64,000 nucleotides of DNA. Origin: a virus. Position numbers and translations under genes: made by a program. This document shows, in pieces, positions 50,040 through 60,459 of this stretch (positions are counted from its first letter, which is position 1; each line of letters starts with the position of its first letter). The DNA lies in IMG/VR virus record IMGVR_UViG_3300020394_000003, positions 32,001 through 96,000 of that record; one strand, 5' to 3'. The notes below the pieces were generated by a model that saw nothing but the letters and a program-made list of their open reading frames with translations, had not been told where the DNA came from and did not search any database.

Positions 50040-51134
50040 ATGGCATTTTTTAATAAAAAAGAAGAAGTTATCGACATCCAATTAACACAGTATGGAAAAC
50101 ATTTGCTGTCAAAAGGTGTTTTTCGCCCTGTGTCGTATGCTTTTTTTGACGATAATGTGTTATACGATAGCACCTATGCCGGCTTATCAACTGAAAATCA
50201 AAACTCAATAGAGCCAAGAATTCAAGAGGATACCCCTGCGCTAAAAACGCAGCACATGTTTTATGGTGCTGAAACAGAAATTTTAAGAATCGCAAATGAA
50301 ATCAGGGGCACAAATGGAAAAGTCCCTTCTATGCAGCCCGTAGCTGATAAACATTATGCCTTATCAGCGCCTCTGGGAACTAGCGCACTTCATACAGACA
50401 AACTGCCTTCTTGGAGTGTAAGATATTTTGCAGCCGAGTTAGATGATTCGGTGCAGTATGTTACAGGCGCCCATCCTACAATGAAAATTCCACAACTTGA
50501 GTCTACAGTTACATACAAAACAGAAATATATGATGATAGAAGTACAAACCCTGCGCTGCGGTCTGCAACATCTGGATTTGGCAGCGGGATTGAACAAAAC
50601 ATTTCTAGCGAGTCAGAGTACATGATGGCATCTAGCAAATTTGATGACGGTTCGTATTTTATCACTAGAGGCGACCAACTGCTTATTGAAATTGATGAGA
50701 AGAACACAGACTTTTTTAAAGAAAATTTTGATATAGAGGTGTTTGTCATTGAAGAGGTCGATGTCACGGGATCAGTTAAAACCCCGGGCCTTAATGGTTC
50801 TAAAAATAAAAAAGAAATATTGCGACCTCTGAACTTCCCCGCCATAAATTCCCCGGTTGTAAATGGTATTTTAACAGATCCACAAAACAGCCCTTCTGTT
50901 ACACTAGACGCAGATGATGTGGCATACTATTTTGACGTTAAAGTGGACAGTGAGATACCCCCGGAGACTTTGTGTGCGATTATTGCAGAGCTTAAATCAC
51001 AAGGGCAAGAATTGGGATACCTGTCAGACTTAGATCTTAACTGCCCAGACGTGTATGTTGCTGGTGCAAACGTGCCGTTCAACTTATATGGCAGTAATGT
51101 TACCGATGAGGATATCGAAGAATGTCTAGATTAA
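50040..51134 (+). CDS. Structural protein with tail-collar-fibre-like N-terminal motif
   Basis: IDIQLTQYGKHLLSKG....YAFFDD..LYD, related to the N-terminus of ORF 57658. Confidence 0.5.
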   Translation: MAFFNKKEEVIDIQLTQYGKHLLSKGVFRPVSYAFFDDNVLYDSTYAGLSTENQNSIEPRIQEDTPALKTQHMFYGAETEILRIANEIRGTNGKVPSMQPVADKHYALSAPLGTSALHTDKLPSWSVRYFAAELDDSVQYVTGAHPTMKIPQLESTVTYKTEIYDDRSTNPALRSATSGFGSGIEQNISSESEYMMASSKFDDGSYFITRGDQLLIEIDEKNTDFFKENFDIEVFVIEEVDVTGSVKTPGLNGSKNKKEILRPLNFPAINSPVVNGILTDPQNSPSVTLDADDVAYYFDVKVDSEIPPETLCAIIAELKSQGQELGYLSDLDLNCPDVYVAGANVPFNLYGSNVTDEDIEECLD

Positions 51135-54100
51135 TAAACACCATGGTTGGTGAATTATTCCAAGGAGTACTACCAACGCCAAAAATAAGATCTGTGAGTC
51201 TTAAATTATCGCCACTACCTCCTCCTGTTAATAATCCCCATATTGATCATGTTAGAGAAACTGTCATATATAAAGGAAGGGACGGCAAAAGAAAATTCGC
51301 TCCTAGTCAAGCAGCTGGAATTACAAAAGATCCTAGAAACTTATTAGTAGAAGTTTCTGTTGTATTGCTGGATATTATTGAGGATAATGGTGATTCAAGA
51401 TGGTTTAAAAATCAAAATCTAATGAAGTACTTGAGGCTACAGATAGTACACTCAGAAGATCCAGACTTTACTGCTAAATTAACTAACAAAGAAATTAGCC
51501 CTATACCATCTCAAATTAATAAATTTAAAAAAATGGACAATAGAGTTGTTAGTACCATTGTTGCTTTAGATACAAAAATTGATCAATTTTATGAAAAACA
51601 AAGGCTAGACAAAGAAATCAGAGAGTTTGTACAAAAATTTACATTTGCAGTAAACACAACTACGCCCGAGCATTTGACTTATTTTGCTAATGTATACCTT
51701 GACACAGAACAAATGATGCAAGATTATTCCCTAGATTTACCAGTAACAATGTTAGGTCAAGCATGCAGCGATACTACTGTCGAAGAAGTATACAAAAACA
51801 AATCCCTTGTCAGGACAGCATCGATTTACCAAGTATCAGGGACAGATTCAATTTATCCCGGTAACGCTTATAATGTTGGTGGTGGAAAATATATCGCAAA
51901 TGATATTATTAATGATGATATGATTTCTATGGATTTATTTGAAGTTCTTAATGCTTATCCTATGGATAGAAGAGCTACAAAATTAAATAAATATCGTAGA
52001 AAAATTGAAAAGATTTTAAACAATAATCAAGAATCCAAATATGTGCAAATGGTCAAGTTGCTCTCTCAATGGTCCGACCGAAGTGGAAATGCAAAATCAG
52101 CGGCATTATACAGGATTTTGGTTGCTAGAAAAAAGATTTACGATAGCTCTATTCAGGCGGGAAAGACACTAACTCGTAGAACTGTATCGAATCCAACGAT
52201 TCGTGATCAGAGGACAATACAAGATTTATCTAATATCACAATTACTGTGGAGGATACAGACGAATCGATGGAGTCAGTGAGAGATATTAGGACCAGAAAC
52301 AACTCAACTACGTCAGAAGCAGCCGCCCAAAATCTTAAAAATGCACTGTATTTTAGCAACATCATGTTTGCTAGAGACAATGCTAATTCTGCTAGGCTAA
52401 CATTTTTTATTGATTGGCGAAAAATGATAATGAAAAATAGCAAATATGCTGGTTTATTAAAAAATGACAACCTTCAGATAAACGAAACACTCCGCTCGCA
52501 GGTTAAAATAAAAAGTGTTTCTTTGATTCGAGAGAGGCAAGATGAAAAAGGGGTTATTGAGCAGGGAGACCACCGGCACACTAGGGATCGAGATTCTGTT
52601 AGAAAGCTAATTACACGAGCCTCTGAAACAAACTCTGGAATTAGAGGCACAAGAATGGAAAACTCTCCGTTTAAAAAGAAAGATCGGCCTGTTGGTGCTA
52701 TGAAAGAGATGAAATTGACTGACATCACTACAGCTGACCTCCGCGCTTTTGAGGCTGTAGATTATGATATTTCTGAAAAAACTTCTGGTAAATATAAATA
52801 TCGTGTCGAATTTAGTATGGTTGACAATATCGGATCGTACTTGGCACAACGCGCTAAAGAATTATCATCAGCCAAGGAAGAACTTAAACAATATTACGGA
52901 ATTAGCACAATGAAGTGCAACTATAATATTGCTAGCGAAAAGTTTACAGAGTTCTTTATCTCAGCATTGTATCAAAAGTATTCAATTCCAAGTCCCGATA
53001 CCATGGCACAAATGACACCAGAAGAACTTAATATGCTGCTGAATACTAGTTCTCCGTTGGAGGCGCCTTGGATGAAGCCAATTGCTAAATATGTTGAAAT
53101 TCTTAACTTGTTCGGTAACATTACAGATTCAGACGGTGAATCTTTGGCAAAAAAAATGTATTTAAAAGTAGAGCCGTCTACTGGTTCGCCTGATGGTATT
53201 CTAGAGGTAATTAAACAATTTGAAGATTTGGAGTCTAAAATCGCAGAAGTTTTGGGCGTTACTTTAACAGACATAGCCAGCATCGATACAACAAATTCAA
53301 AAATCAAATCAATTCTAAAAGACAAGATTGTAATAAGTTACTTATTTAAAGATGAGTTAGACTGCTCTTCTCTTTCTTCGGTCAAAGCTAGATTTCTAGA
53401 ATACACTAATAGTTCAGACTTAGGGTTATCATATATTACAGCAGCTGACTTAACAACTAGAATAGTTCAAGATGAAGCAAAATATTTTAAAAATACACCA
53501 AGTTTACAACAAAATGCTTTAGCCGACATGGGTACTTACAGATTTTCTTATCTCTCTCCCTCCTATTTACAAGTTGGGGGCAAAAGATTAGAACTGTTAA
53601 ACAGAGGAGAATCGTTATACGATCCTCAGCAATATAAAGAAATGATGTTTAGTATCTCACTGTTAAAAACAAATCCTGCCGCTCGCTCAATGACCATGCC
53701 TGTACTAGCATATCAACCTACAGACCTACAACAGAGCACCGCGGCTTCGGCACAACTAGCAGGCATGAACATGCAGGCGTTACAATTATTATCAAATTAC
53801 GGCATTATCATAACAAATCAAGTCCCGGCGTCATCGGTAACTTCAATAGATGCAAAGCCACTTCAAGATGTTCGTGATATTTTAGGAGAAAATACACTAT
53901 TAGCAATCAATAACGCAATCAGAACCTCATCTGACGAAGACGGAGAGGACGACACACAAGTAACACAAAAATTGAATAGCGAAGTAATACAAGCAGATGC
54001 AACTGCTTTCGCATCATCACTGATTAACACTTTAGTTAATGTGGGGATGGCAAACTTTTCAGGGGTGAACAGTGATGTTATTAATACTAAAGAATTTAAT

Positions 54101-55093
54101 CCACTAGTCAAGCAACAAATAGAGGCATCCAAAACCTTAGACTTCTACAATATGTCCAACCCTATTAATGGTATCGATTCTAGGATAAGATCTAGTAACT
54201 CTAAAAGTTCAGCAGATTCTGATGCAAAAATCAGGACCATTCCAAATCAAATTAAATCATTGTTTTTGGTAAAATCTGGCCAAGTATCACCAGTTAAAAA
54301 TTGGTTTGAAGTAGATACAGATCCTATGGCCAACCCAGAACTTAGACCTTTGTTCGAATTGCTCTATTTTAATATTCAAAAAATTGAAGTGTTAACTGGA
54401 TTTACAAAAACAAAAGATAGTAAGACTGGCGAAGCACTATTGAGGGCGCCTAGTTTCAAACTACTGACCCCAGATATGATGGCCAAAAAAGGCTCCTTAT
54501 TGTGTAGGCTGAAAAAATATCAAAACGATTCTCTTCACATTGGCCAAACCGACATGATAGATCTTCCGGTTGTAAACGAATATTTTATCTTAAAATTAAC
54601 AGATGCAAGCCCTCAATTAGACCAAAATCCAATAGTTCAAAGTGACTTAACTACAGATGGTGGTGAATATAAGCTGCCGAATGGCACTAATTACATAGGA
54701 AAGTATCATATCCATAAAGATGGAACAGTAATGACGGGAGCCAGCATGGGCACAAATGAAAGTATCTTGACGCCTCTGAAGCAAACCGTGGGTGTCCAAG
54801 CGCGAGCGTCAGCATATGCAGCTCAAAATCTTGCTGGAATTACGGCAACTTATCAAAAACAAATATTACAAGGACTAGTGTCACACCATTATGATCAAAT
54901 TTCTGTAGAAAGTGATTATTGTAGCACCGGCAAAACAATAACTAGTGCTGGTGGGACAACAGCTAGATCAACCGCAGCATATGATAGAGCCTCAATGACG
55001 TATGCTACAGTGTCGACTACGACAGCAATGGCCCCAAGCACCGGTGTTCTTACCGGTGGCTCCAGCGGCGGCTCAGGTGGAGGGGGCTATTAA
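51122..55093 (+). CDS. 1323-aa hypothetical virion protein
   Basis: Long ORF in the structural module; small TDGGEY...YIGKYHIH...MTGA module and Gly-rich C-terminus. Confidence 0.55.
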   Translation: MSRLINTMVGELFQGVLPTPKIRSVSLKLSPLPPPVNNPHIDHVRETVIYKGRDGKRKFAPSQAAGITKDPRNLLVEVSVVLLDIIEDNGDSRWFKNQNLMKYLRLQIVHSEDPDFTAKLTNKEISPIPSQINKFKKMDNRVVSTIVALDTKIDQFYEKQRLDKEIREFVQKFTFAVNTTTPEHLTYFANVYLDTEQMMQDYSLDLPVTMLGQACSDTTVEEVYKNKSLVRTASIYQVSGTDSIYPGNAYNVGGGKYIANDIINDDMISMDLFEVLNAYPMDRRATKLNKYRRKIEKILNNNQESKYVQMVKLLSQWSDRSGNAKSAALYRILVARKKIYDSSIQAGKTLTRRTVSNPTIRDQRTIQDLSNITITVEDTDESMESVRDIRTRNNSTTSEAAAQNLKNALYFSNIMFARDNANSARLTFFIDWRKMIMKNSKYAGLLKNDNLQINETLRSQVKIKSVSLIRERQDEKGVIEQGDHRHTRDRDSVRKLITRASETNSGIRGTRMENSPFKKKDRPVGAMKEMKLTDITTADLRAFEAVDYDISEKTSGKYKYRVEFSMVDNIGSYLAQRAKELSSAKEELKQYYGISTMKCNYNIASEKFTEFFISALYQKYSIPSPDTMAQMTPEELNMLLNTSSPLEAPWMKPIAKYVEILNLFGNITDSDGESLAKKMYLKVEPSTGSPDGILEVIKQFEDLESKIAEVLGVTLTDIASIDTTNSKIKSILKDKIVISYLFKDELDCSSLSSVKARFLEYTNSSDLGLSYITAADLTTRIVQDEAKYFKNTPSLQQNALADMGTYRFSYLSPSYLQVGGKRLELLNRGESLYDPQQYKEMMFSISLLKTNPAARSMTMPVLAYQPTDLQQSTAASAQLAGMNMQALQLLSNYGIIITNQVPASSVTSIDAKPLQDVRDILGENTLLAINNAIRTSSDEDGEDDTQVTQKLNSEVIQADATAFASSLINTLVNVGMANFSGVNSDVINTKEFNPLVKQQIEASKTLDFYNMSNPINGIDSRIRSSNSKSSADSDAKIRTIPNQIKSLFLVKSGQVSPVKNWFEVDTDPMANPELRPLFELLYFNIQKIEVLTGFTKTKDSKTGEALLRAPSFKLLTPDMMAKKGSLLCRLKKYQNDSLHIGQTDMIDLPVVNEYFILKLTDASPQLDQNPIVQSDLTTDGGEYKLPNGTNYIGKYHIHKDGTVMTGASMGTNESILTPLKQTVGVQARASAYAAQNLAGITATYQKQILQGLVSHHYDQISVESDYCSTGKTITSAGGTTARSTAAYDRASMTYATVSTTTAMAPSTGVLTGGSSGGSGGGGY

Positions 55094-57606
55094 TGTCAAT
55101 TAGCAAAAAAGTAACATACATCCCAGCCACTATGATTGATAGTTCGATAGATTTATTAAGAAATGAAATGTCGGCGTATTGGAGAAAGTATAAAAAATCA
55201 GAAAGATTTACTAAAGGTTCGCAATTATTATATCTTGCTGATCACCCAAAAATTGATGACACAATTAAAGGAATCACTGACTTTTCATTTTCGGAAGAGC
55301 AAGATATTAGTAGCGCAACAATGCCCTTTAAACAAGTAAGCATGAGAGTATATGGTAATCCAACAATGTTTAAAAATCAACGTCATTGGCGCGCCTACTT
55401 TGAAGGCGGTGAATTTGATGGAAAAAACTACAACCCTAAAATATCGATTGGCACACAATATAACGATAATGTTTTTACATGTGAACGACCGTTTACAGAA
55501 CGAGAAGCACAAGCTTTAGGTGGAACATCACTAGTAAAAACATATGCTGTAGACCTAGAATATAACTTTTATCAAGAGGACTACGAAAAAGCATTGAACA
55601 GAAACGTGCCAGAAAATTTATTGCCTAATTTGTATACACTATATTCTTATAAGGAAGAAATAGATGATGAAAGTGTGAGAAATACACCAATCTTTCGTGC
55701 TCATGTATCTTTAAACGGAAAGTTACACAATAACAAAGTACATCAGTTTACAGACAAGGGTTCTGAAAATCCCAAAGCTTCAAATAGTTTACAATATTTA
55801 ACTTCTTTTGCCCGGGCCCTGACTTCTCGTAATAAAGAAAGTGGTACACATGCTAATATCATAGAAGCTTATCAGAACACAATATTACCTCCGTCGAATA
55901 TGGATTTACTAGCATATAATGTAAAAAAAGAAATGTTTCCAATGTTCACGGAAATAAACTTTGCAACAGATAAAACAACTCAATTTACACAAATATTAAA
56001 AGATTCAAGCACTAGTTGTATTTTTATGAAAGATGTTGCTGGATCACTGCAAGGCACTCACAACTTTCCACACACAGTAAGGGGATATACAACCCATGTA
56101 GAAACGCCGGTGATGCAAGAAAATGAACTAGGAACCAAGACATTAATGAACATAAGCAGAGTTGCAACTGGAAATGCTAGAATTTGGGATCTAAACGATT
56201 GGCTTAAAATGTTTAAGGCTTCGAATGCTTACCCAATGCAAAACAGTATTATGTTAGGTAGAACCAATGAAGACGCTAAAATGGCAACTACTAAAAATTA
56301 TGGTTTTTATAAAAAGATGATGGAGACTATTTTTGTTGGTAAACTAAGAACATTAATTAAAAGCCAACAAAGAAGGTTCGCAGACATTATTGATGGAGAC
56401 AGCAGTTATTCAGAAGAGGTGTTTTACAGAATCGACAAGTATACCCAAGGATACGATGCGCCAATTCAAACTTTTTGGATTCCAAACACTAATGAGGTTG
56501 ATGTTATGAACTACATTGATACTCAAGTAAAATATAGCAGTGAATATACATACAAAGCTTCGGTTTTCAAGTTGGTAATCGGCGCGCAGTATTCATACTC
56601 AAATTTAGCAATCACCAAAAAAGTCACAGAAGAGTGTGTGGAATTTGTATCAACCGAAGGAGAGCCAGTTGCACCTAGGGTGCCCGGGTCGGTGACAGTT
56701 AGTAACATTTCAGGCACAAGAACAGCAATCGAGGTACAGAATGATCAGAGATATATGGCTGAGTTTGATGTCATTGTATCCCCAAATATTATGCTAGTGG
56801 AGGTACCTTTCTTTTCGGTTACATCTAGAATGATTGACGATCCTCCCCTAGCACCAGAAATTGATATTTTGCCATACAGATCAGATAGCAGATTCCTAAA
56901 GTTTTTTATGCAGGGCTCTACTGGAGAAGAGGTTATTGATCCAATCATTATGACTGATAAAGATCGCAGAATGGTACAGATGATTAGAAAAGCTAGAAAT
57001 TTAGAAAAGAATGACCCTATCACTTATAAATCAGACGACTATCCTGCTTACTTTGAAGTGTATAGATTAGAAGAACCTCCGAGAACGTACAGGAGTTTTG
57101 TGGGAAATGTTAGAGCTTCAATCGCCACAGACATTTCTGATAAGACCAAACAAAAAGCCGCGGCCCTAGCATACATTGAGCAAATTGCACCTAATAAAAA
57201 ATACTACTATATGTTTCGAAGTGTTGATGTGCATGGGAAGATTGGGTATCCATCCGCAGTGTATGAAATTGAAATGCTAAACGACAAAGGGGCGTTTTAT
57301 CCTATAATTAAATTGCATGAAATGAACCCTAGGCCGGCCCGGATTACAAAAAAAACTGGAAGAAGGTTTATACAAATCATACCAAATATTGGCCAGACAC
57401 TAATTAATGAGAGCAAGTCTGGATTTGAAGATTATTCGTCAGCAAATGACATTACAGGAAAACTAACATACGGCTTCAAAGCAGAGTCTATATGGGATAA
57501 GAAATTTAAGATAAGATTAACGTCAAAAAAGACGGGTAGAAAACTAGATCTAAATCTTGATTTTGCAAACAAAAGAGTTAAAACAGATTTTGAAGAAAGT
57601 TCGTAA
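55093..57606 (+). CDS. 837-aa hypothetical virion protein (beta-sandwich/FN3-like C-terminal half)
   Basis: YIDTQVKY..EYTY; FEVYRL; PNKKYYYMFRSVD. Confidence 0.55.
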   Translation: MSISKKVTYIPATMIDSSIDLLRNEMSAYWRKYKKSERFTKGSQLLYLADHPKIDDTIKGITDFSFSEEQDISSATMPFKQVSMRVYGNPTMFKNQRHWRAYFEGGEFDGKNYNPKISIGTQYNDNVFTCERPFTEREAQALGGTSLVKTYAVDLEYNFYQEDYEKALNRNVPENLLPNLYTLYSYKEEIDDESVRNTPIFRAHVSLNGKLHNNKVHQFTDKGSENPKASNSLQYLTSFARALTSRNKESGTHANIIEAYQNTILPPSNMDLLAYNVKKEMFPMFTEINFATDKTTQFTQILKDSSTSCIFMKDVAGSLQGTHNFPHTVRGYTTHVETPVMQENELGTKTLMNISRVATGNARIWDLNDWLKMFKASNAYPMQNSIMLGRTNEDAKMATTKNYGFYKKMMETIFVGKLRTLIKSQQRRFADIIDGDSSYSEEVFYRIDKYTQGYDAPIQTFWIPNTNEVDVMNYIDTQVKYSSEYTYKASVFKLVIGAQYSYSNLAITKKVTEECVEFVSTEGEPVAPRVPGSVTVSNISGTRTAIEVQNDQRYMAEFDVIVSPNIMLVEVPFFSVTSRMIDDPPLAPEIDILPYRSDSRFLKFFMQGSTGEEVIDPIIMTDKDRRMVQMIRKARNLEKNDPITYKSDDYPAYFEVYRLEEPPRTYRSFVGNVRASIATDISDKTKQKAAALAYIEQIAPNKKYYYMFRSVDVHGKIGYPSAVYEIEMLNDKGAFYPIIKLHEMNPRPARITKKTGRRFIQIIPNIGQTLINESKSGFEDYSSANDITGKLTYGFKAESIWDKKFKIRLTSKKTGRKLDLNLDFANKRVKTDFEESS

Positions 57607-57613
57607 GTTATGC

Positions 57614-57637
57614 ACTATTTATAATAGTAACTATTTA
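57614..57637 (+). promoter_or_regulatory. Tandem candidate late-promoter motifs ACTATTTA
   Basis: ACTATTTA at 57614-57621 and 57630-57637. The first lies in a perfect inverted repeat, ACTATT-TAT-AATAGT. Purine-rich RBS and ATG 57658 follow. Confidence 0.5.
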
Positions 57638-57657
57638 AAAAAGGAAGAGGATTACAC

Positions 57658-58569
57658 ATGGCATTTTTAGATAACTCAGGTGACATCATTCTTGATGCGG
57701 TCCTAACTGATACAGGGCGCTTCCGTTTGGCCAAAGGCGATGGAAGTTTTAAGATTACAAAATTCGCTTTAGGAGATGATGAGATTGATTATGCATTGTA
57801 TAACAAGAATCACCCATCTGGAAGCGCTTACTATGATTTAGAGTTACTACAAACGCCCGTACTCGAAGCATTCACAAATAATACGTCTATGCTTAAATCT
57901 AAACTAGTTTCGATTCCAAGAACAAATTTGCTGTACCTTCCGGTAATGAAGTTAAATGAAATCTATTCTACAAACAATGCTAGGCACACTACTGGTGCTT
58001 ATTTAGTCGCTGTTAACAAAGATACCGAAGAAGCATTGGGGGTTGACGCTAGCAGCAATGCGGTATCTGGTATTATGTACGGAGAAAATGTAGGCGCTGG
58101 TACGACAATTCGTGTAGATCAGGGTCTAGATACATCAGAGATCTCGCCCGCTTTTACAATTGACGCGGACCTAGTGGAGACTCAATATATTGTAGAGTTT
58201 GATAATAGATTTGGATCAATTGTAAACGCAACTAATGGTTCGATTACTTCACCATCTTTTATTGATGATGATAACATTGCGACATATTTTTTCTCGCTTG
58301 GAACAGATATCGGAATTGTATCTGAAAATACAGAAAGAGACGCAGCCGCGTCTACGCAAACTATTCAAGGCCCTCGCGGAACATATATAGAATTTCAAAT
58401 TCAATCATCGTTGGATTTAAACACTGGAACATTCTTGTTTACTGAGCTGGGTTCAACAACAACTGTTAACTCCACGGCCGTTTACTACATCGATACAACA
58501 GTCAGAATTACAGGTGCAACAACGGGATACAGAATTGATGTCCCGGTGAGACTAGTAAGGAAGCAATAA
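57658..58569 (+). CDS. Structural protein with tail-collar-fibre-like N-terminal motif
   Basis: LDAVLTDTGRFRLAKG..FKITKFALGDDEIDY. Confidence 0.55.
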   Translation: MAFLDNSGDIILDAVLTDTGRFRLAKGDGSFKITKFALGDDEIDYALYNKNHPSGSAYYDLELLQTPVLEAFTNNTSMLKSKLVSIPRTNLLYLPVMKLNEIYSTNNARHTTGAYLVAVNKDTEEALGVDASSNAVSGIMYGENVGAGTTIRVDQGLDTSEISPAFTIDADLVETQYIVEFDNRFGSIVNATNGSITSPSFIDDDNIATYFFSLGTDIGIVSENTERDAAASTQTIQGPRGTYIEFQIQSSLDLNTGTFLFTELGSTTTVNSTAVYYIDTTVRITGATTGYRIDVPVRLVRKQ

Positions 58570-58579
58570 GGAAACACAC

Positions 58580-59761
58580 ATGGCTACTACTTTTAAAACA
58601 TTTTCATCTAATGATGTAATTTCTACAAAAACTTTACTACACGAAGCAGTTCCCCTAACCGGGGCGATTGTTTCAGGTACATACGGAGACCTTAACGTTA
58701 AAAACTATTCGCATGGGATGTTTCAGTCAATCTACGACTATCCATATCTTAGTTCATCAGCGAACCATGTTTTTGATGTTTCGGTAGGATATAGCCCTCA
58801 TTCTCCGCTATCTGGTTCCAGCAATCGAGTAGCCCAGAATAAAAAGTTTAACATTTATAATCAAATGGCGCAAGTCTTGATGGGTTTTGACCACACTGGA
58901 TCGGTTCAGCGCTTCGATGAAGACGGCGATCTGCTCGCCGGAGGAACCAAAATTGATTCTGCAATTTTCCTTAGCTTTTCTCGGCTGCTGGTAAAAGATG
59001 AAATCAAGAAAGGTTCATTCTCTATAACTTTAGGAGTCAGCCCTTATGCTGCTCAGCGAGACACTGGTCTTCATGGTGACGGTAGGGTATTCGACAAAAG
59101 AATTACGCTAGCAGATACAAACGCTCAGAACGATTTTAGAGTAAACTCCCCCGCAGGAGAATATGGTATCTTGTATGCTAGTGTCGCGCAAGGAAGCAAC
59201 GTTCTTGTTGGCGATCCAGCTGCAGGTTCGACAACAGTAAAAGCTGGTTTGATTTACTATCAAGCGGGTATTGCAGTAATCACCTCTTCTGTGTTGATCA
59301 GAAGGGACGATCATGATAATCGCGACAGCAATCATAGCGGCCTTTTACATGCTAATCTAGGAGCTTTCTTGACTGGTTCAGTCTTTGGACATAAGGGCGT
59401 TAACTCAACTACTCCAGAAGGCTTTCACGGTCTTGTAACTGGCTCAAACATTTCTTCATCCTGCGATGCTGTGCGAGCTAGAATTCACAACATCTCCTTT
59501 AATAACACAACAGAACTAAACTCAACTGTGTATTTCTGCAGAGCCAATCACAACGAATTTAACTATAGTGCAAACCCAACGTATCTTAACGGCAGTAAGA
59601 TCAGGGTTAAGCAGCAAAGTACAGACCAGCCAGTGTCCTACATTACCACTGTCGGACTTTACTCTGCGGATAATGAACTCATGGGTGTTGCTAAACTTTC
59701 TGAGCCTCTGCGAAAAGATCCGACTAATGAAATGACATTGCGAGTACGTTTGGATTACTAG
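58580..59761 (+). CDS. Structural protein with tail-collar-fibre-like C-terminal motif
   Basis: YITTVGLY..DNELMGVAKLSEPLRK...LRVRLDY; paralog of 60460-61728. Confidence 0.6.
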   Translation: MATTFKTFSSNDVISTKTLLHEAVPLTGAIVSGTYGDLNVKNYSHGMFQSIYDYPYLSSSANHVFDVSVGYSPHSPLSGSSNRVAQNKKFNIYNQMAQVLMGFDHTGSVQRFDEDGDLLAGGTKIDSAIFLSFSRLLVKDEIKKGSFSITLGVSPYAAQRDTGLHGDGRVFDKRITLADTNAQNDFRVNSPAGEYGILYASVAQGSNVLVGDPAAGSTTVKAGLIYYQAGIAVITSSVLIRRDDHDNRDSNHSGLLHANLGAFLTGSVFGHKGVNSTTPEGFHGLVTGSNISSSCDAVRARIHNISFNNTTELNSTVYFCRANHNEFNYSANPTYLNGSKIRVKQQSTDQPVSYITTVGLYSADNELMGVAKLSEPLRKDPTNEMTLRVRLDY

Positions 59762-59762
59762 C

Positions 59763-60449
59763 ATGTCTGGCAGAGACCGGGCAACTAGACGGCTTCGCGC
59801 AAAATATAAAAAACTTATTGGTGAGTTAAGGTATTTGTATACAGATTTGGAGTATTACAAAGAAGAGCATCAATACAGAAAAGAAGATTTTCATGAAGAC
59901 TTTGCGTCTTGGTGCGAAGAGATGGGTTATGATTGTACCCGACCAGAAACGCGTCAAAAATATGAAGAAAAACAAATTGACCCATACTCTCAAAAAGTCA
60001 ACAAAAAAGAGCTACAAGAAATTCAAAAAGAAGTATATAATGATGATAGTGACGAATCAGAAGATCCTGATGACGCCTATAAAGATTTGAAATCATTATA
60101 CAAAAAAATAGCAGTAGAAACTCATCCCGACAAACTCACCCGTGCAGAAAAAGCAGCGCGAGAGAGAAAAGAGAGATTGTTTATAGAAGCAAAAAAAGCA
60201 TATGATGAGAACAATTTTTTTAGGCTGTCGCAGATAGCAGAAGAATTGGGGCTAGACCTGCCACCACCATCAAAGCAACAGCTTGTATGGATGAGAGAAG
60301 AGAAGAAGAAAATAGAAAAAATCATTGCTAGCATATCTACGACATATGAATGGGTTTGTGGAGAGGAAAATCCGCTGATGCCAAAAGATGTTATGTACCA
60401 AAAATATGCAGATGCGATTGGTTGTGTAAAATTGAAGAAAGAGGGCTAA
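59763..60449 (+). CDS. J-domain (DnaJ-like) co-chaperone
   Basis: LKSLYKKIAVETHPDK...F.EAKKAY, with an intact HPD motif. Confidence 0.82.
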   Translation: MSGRDRATRRLRAKYKKLIGELRYLYTDLEYYKEEHQYRKEDFHEDFASWCEEMGYDCTRPETRQKYEEKQIDPYSQKVNKKELQEIQKEVYNDDSDESEDPDDAYKDLKSLYKKIAVETHPDKLTRAEKAARERKERLFIEAKKAYDENNFFRLSQIAEELGLDLPPPSKQQLVWMREEKKKIEKIIASISTTYEWVCGEENPLMPKDVMYQKYADAIGCVKLKKEG

Positions 60450-60459
60450 TTAGTACAAG

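Noticed and set aside
57616-57623. T4 late promoter TATAAATA on the minus strand
   Set aside because: No minus-strand gene lies downstream; better explained as part of the + strand ACTATTTA motif.
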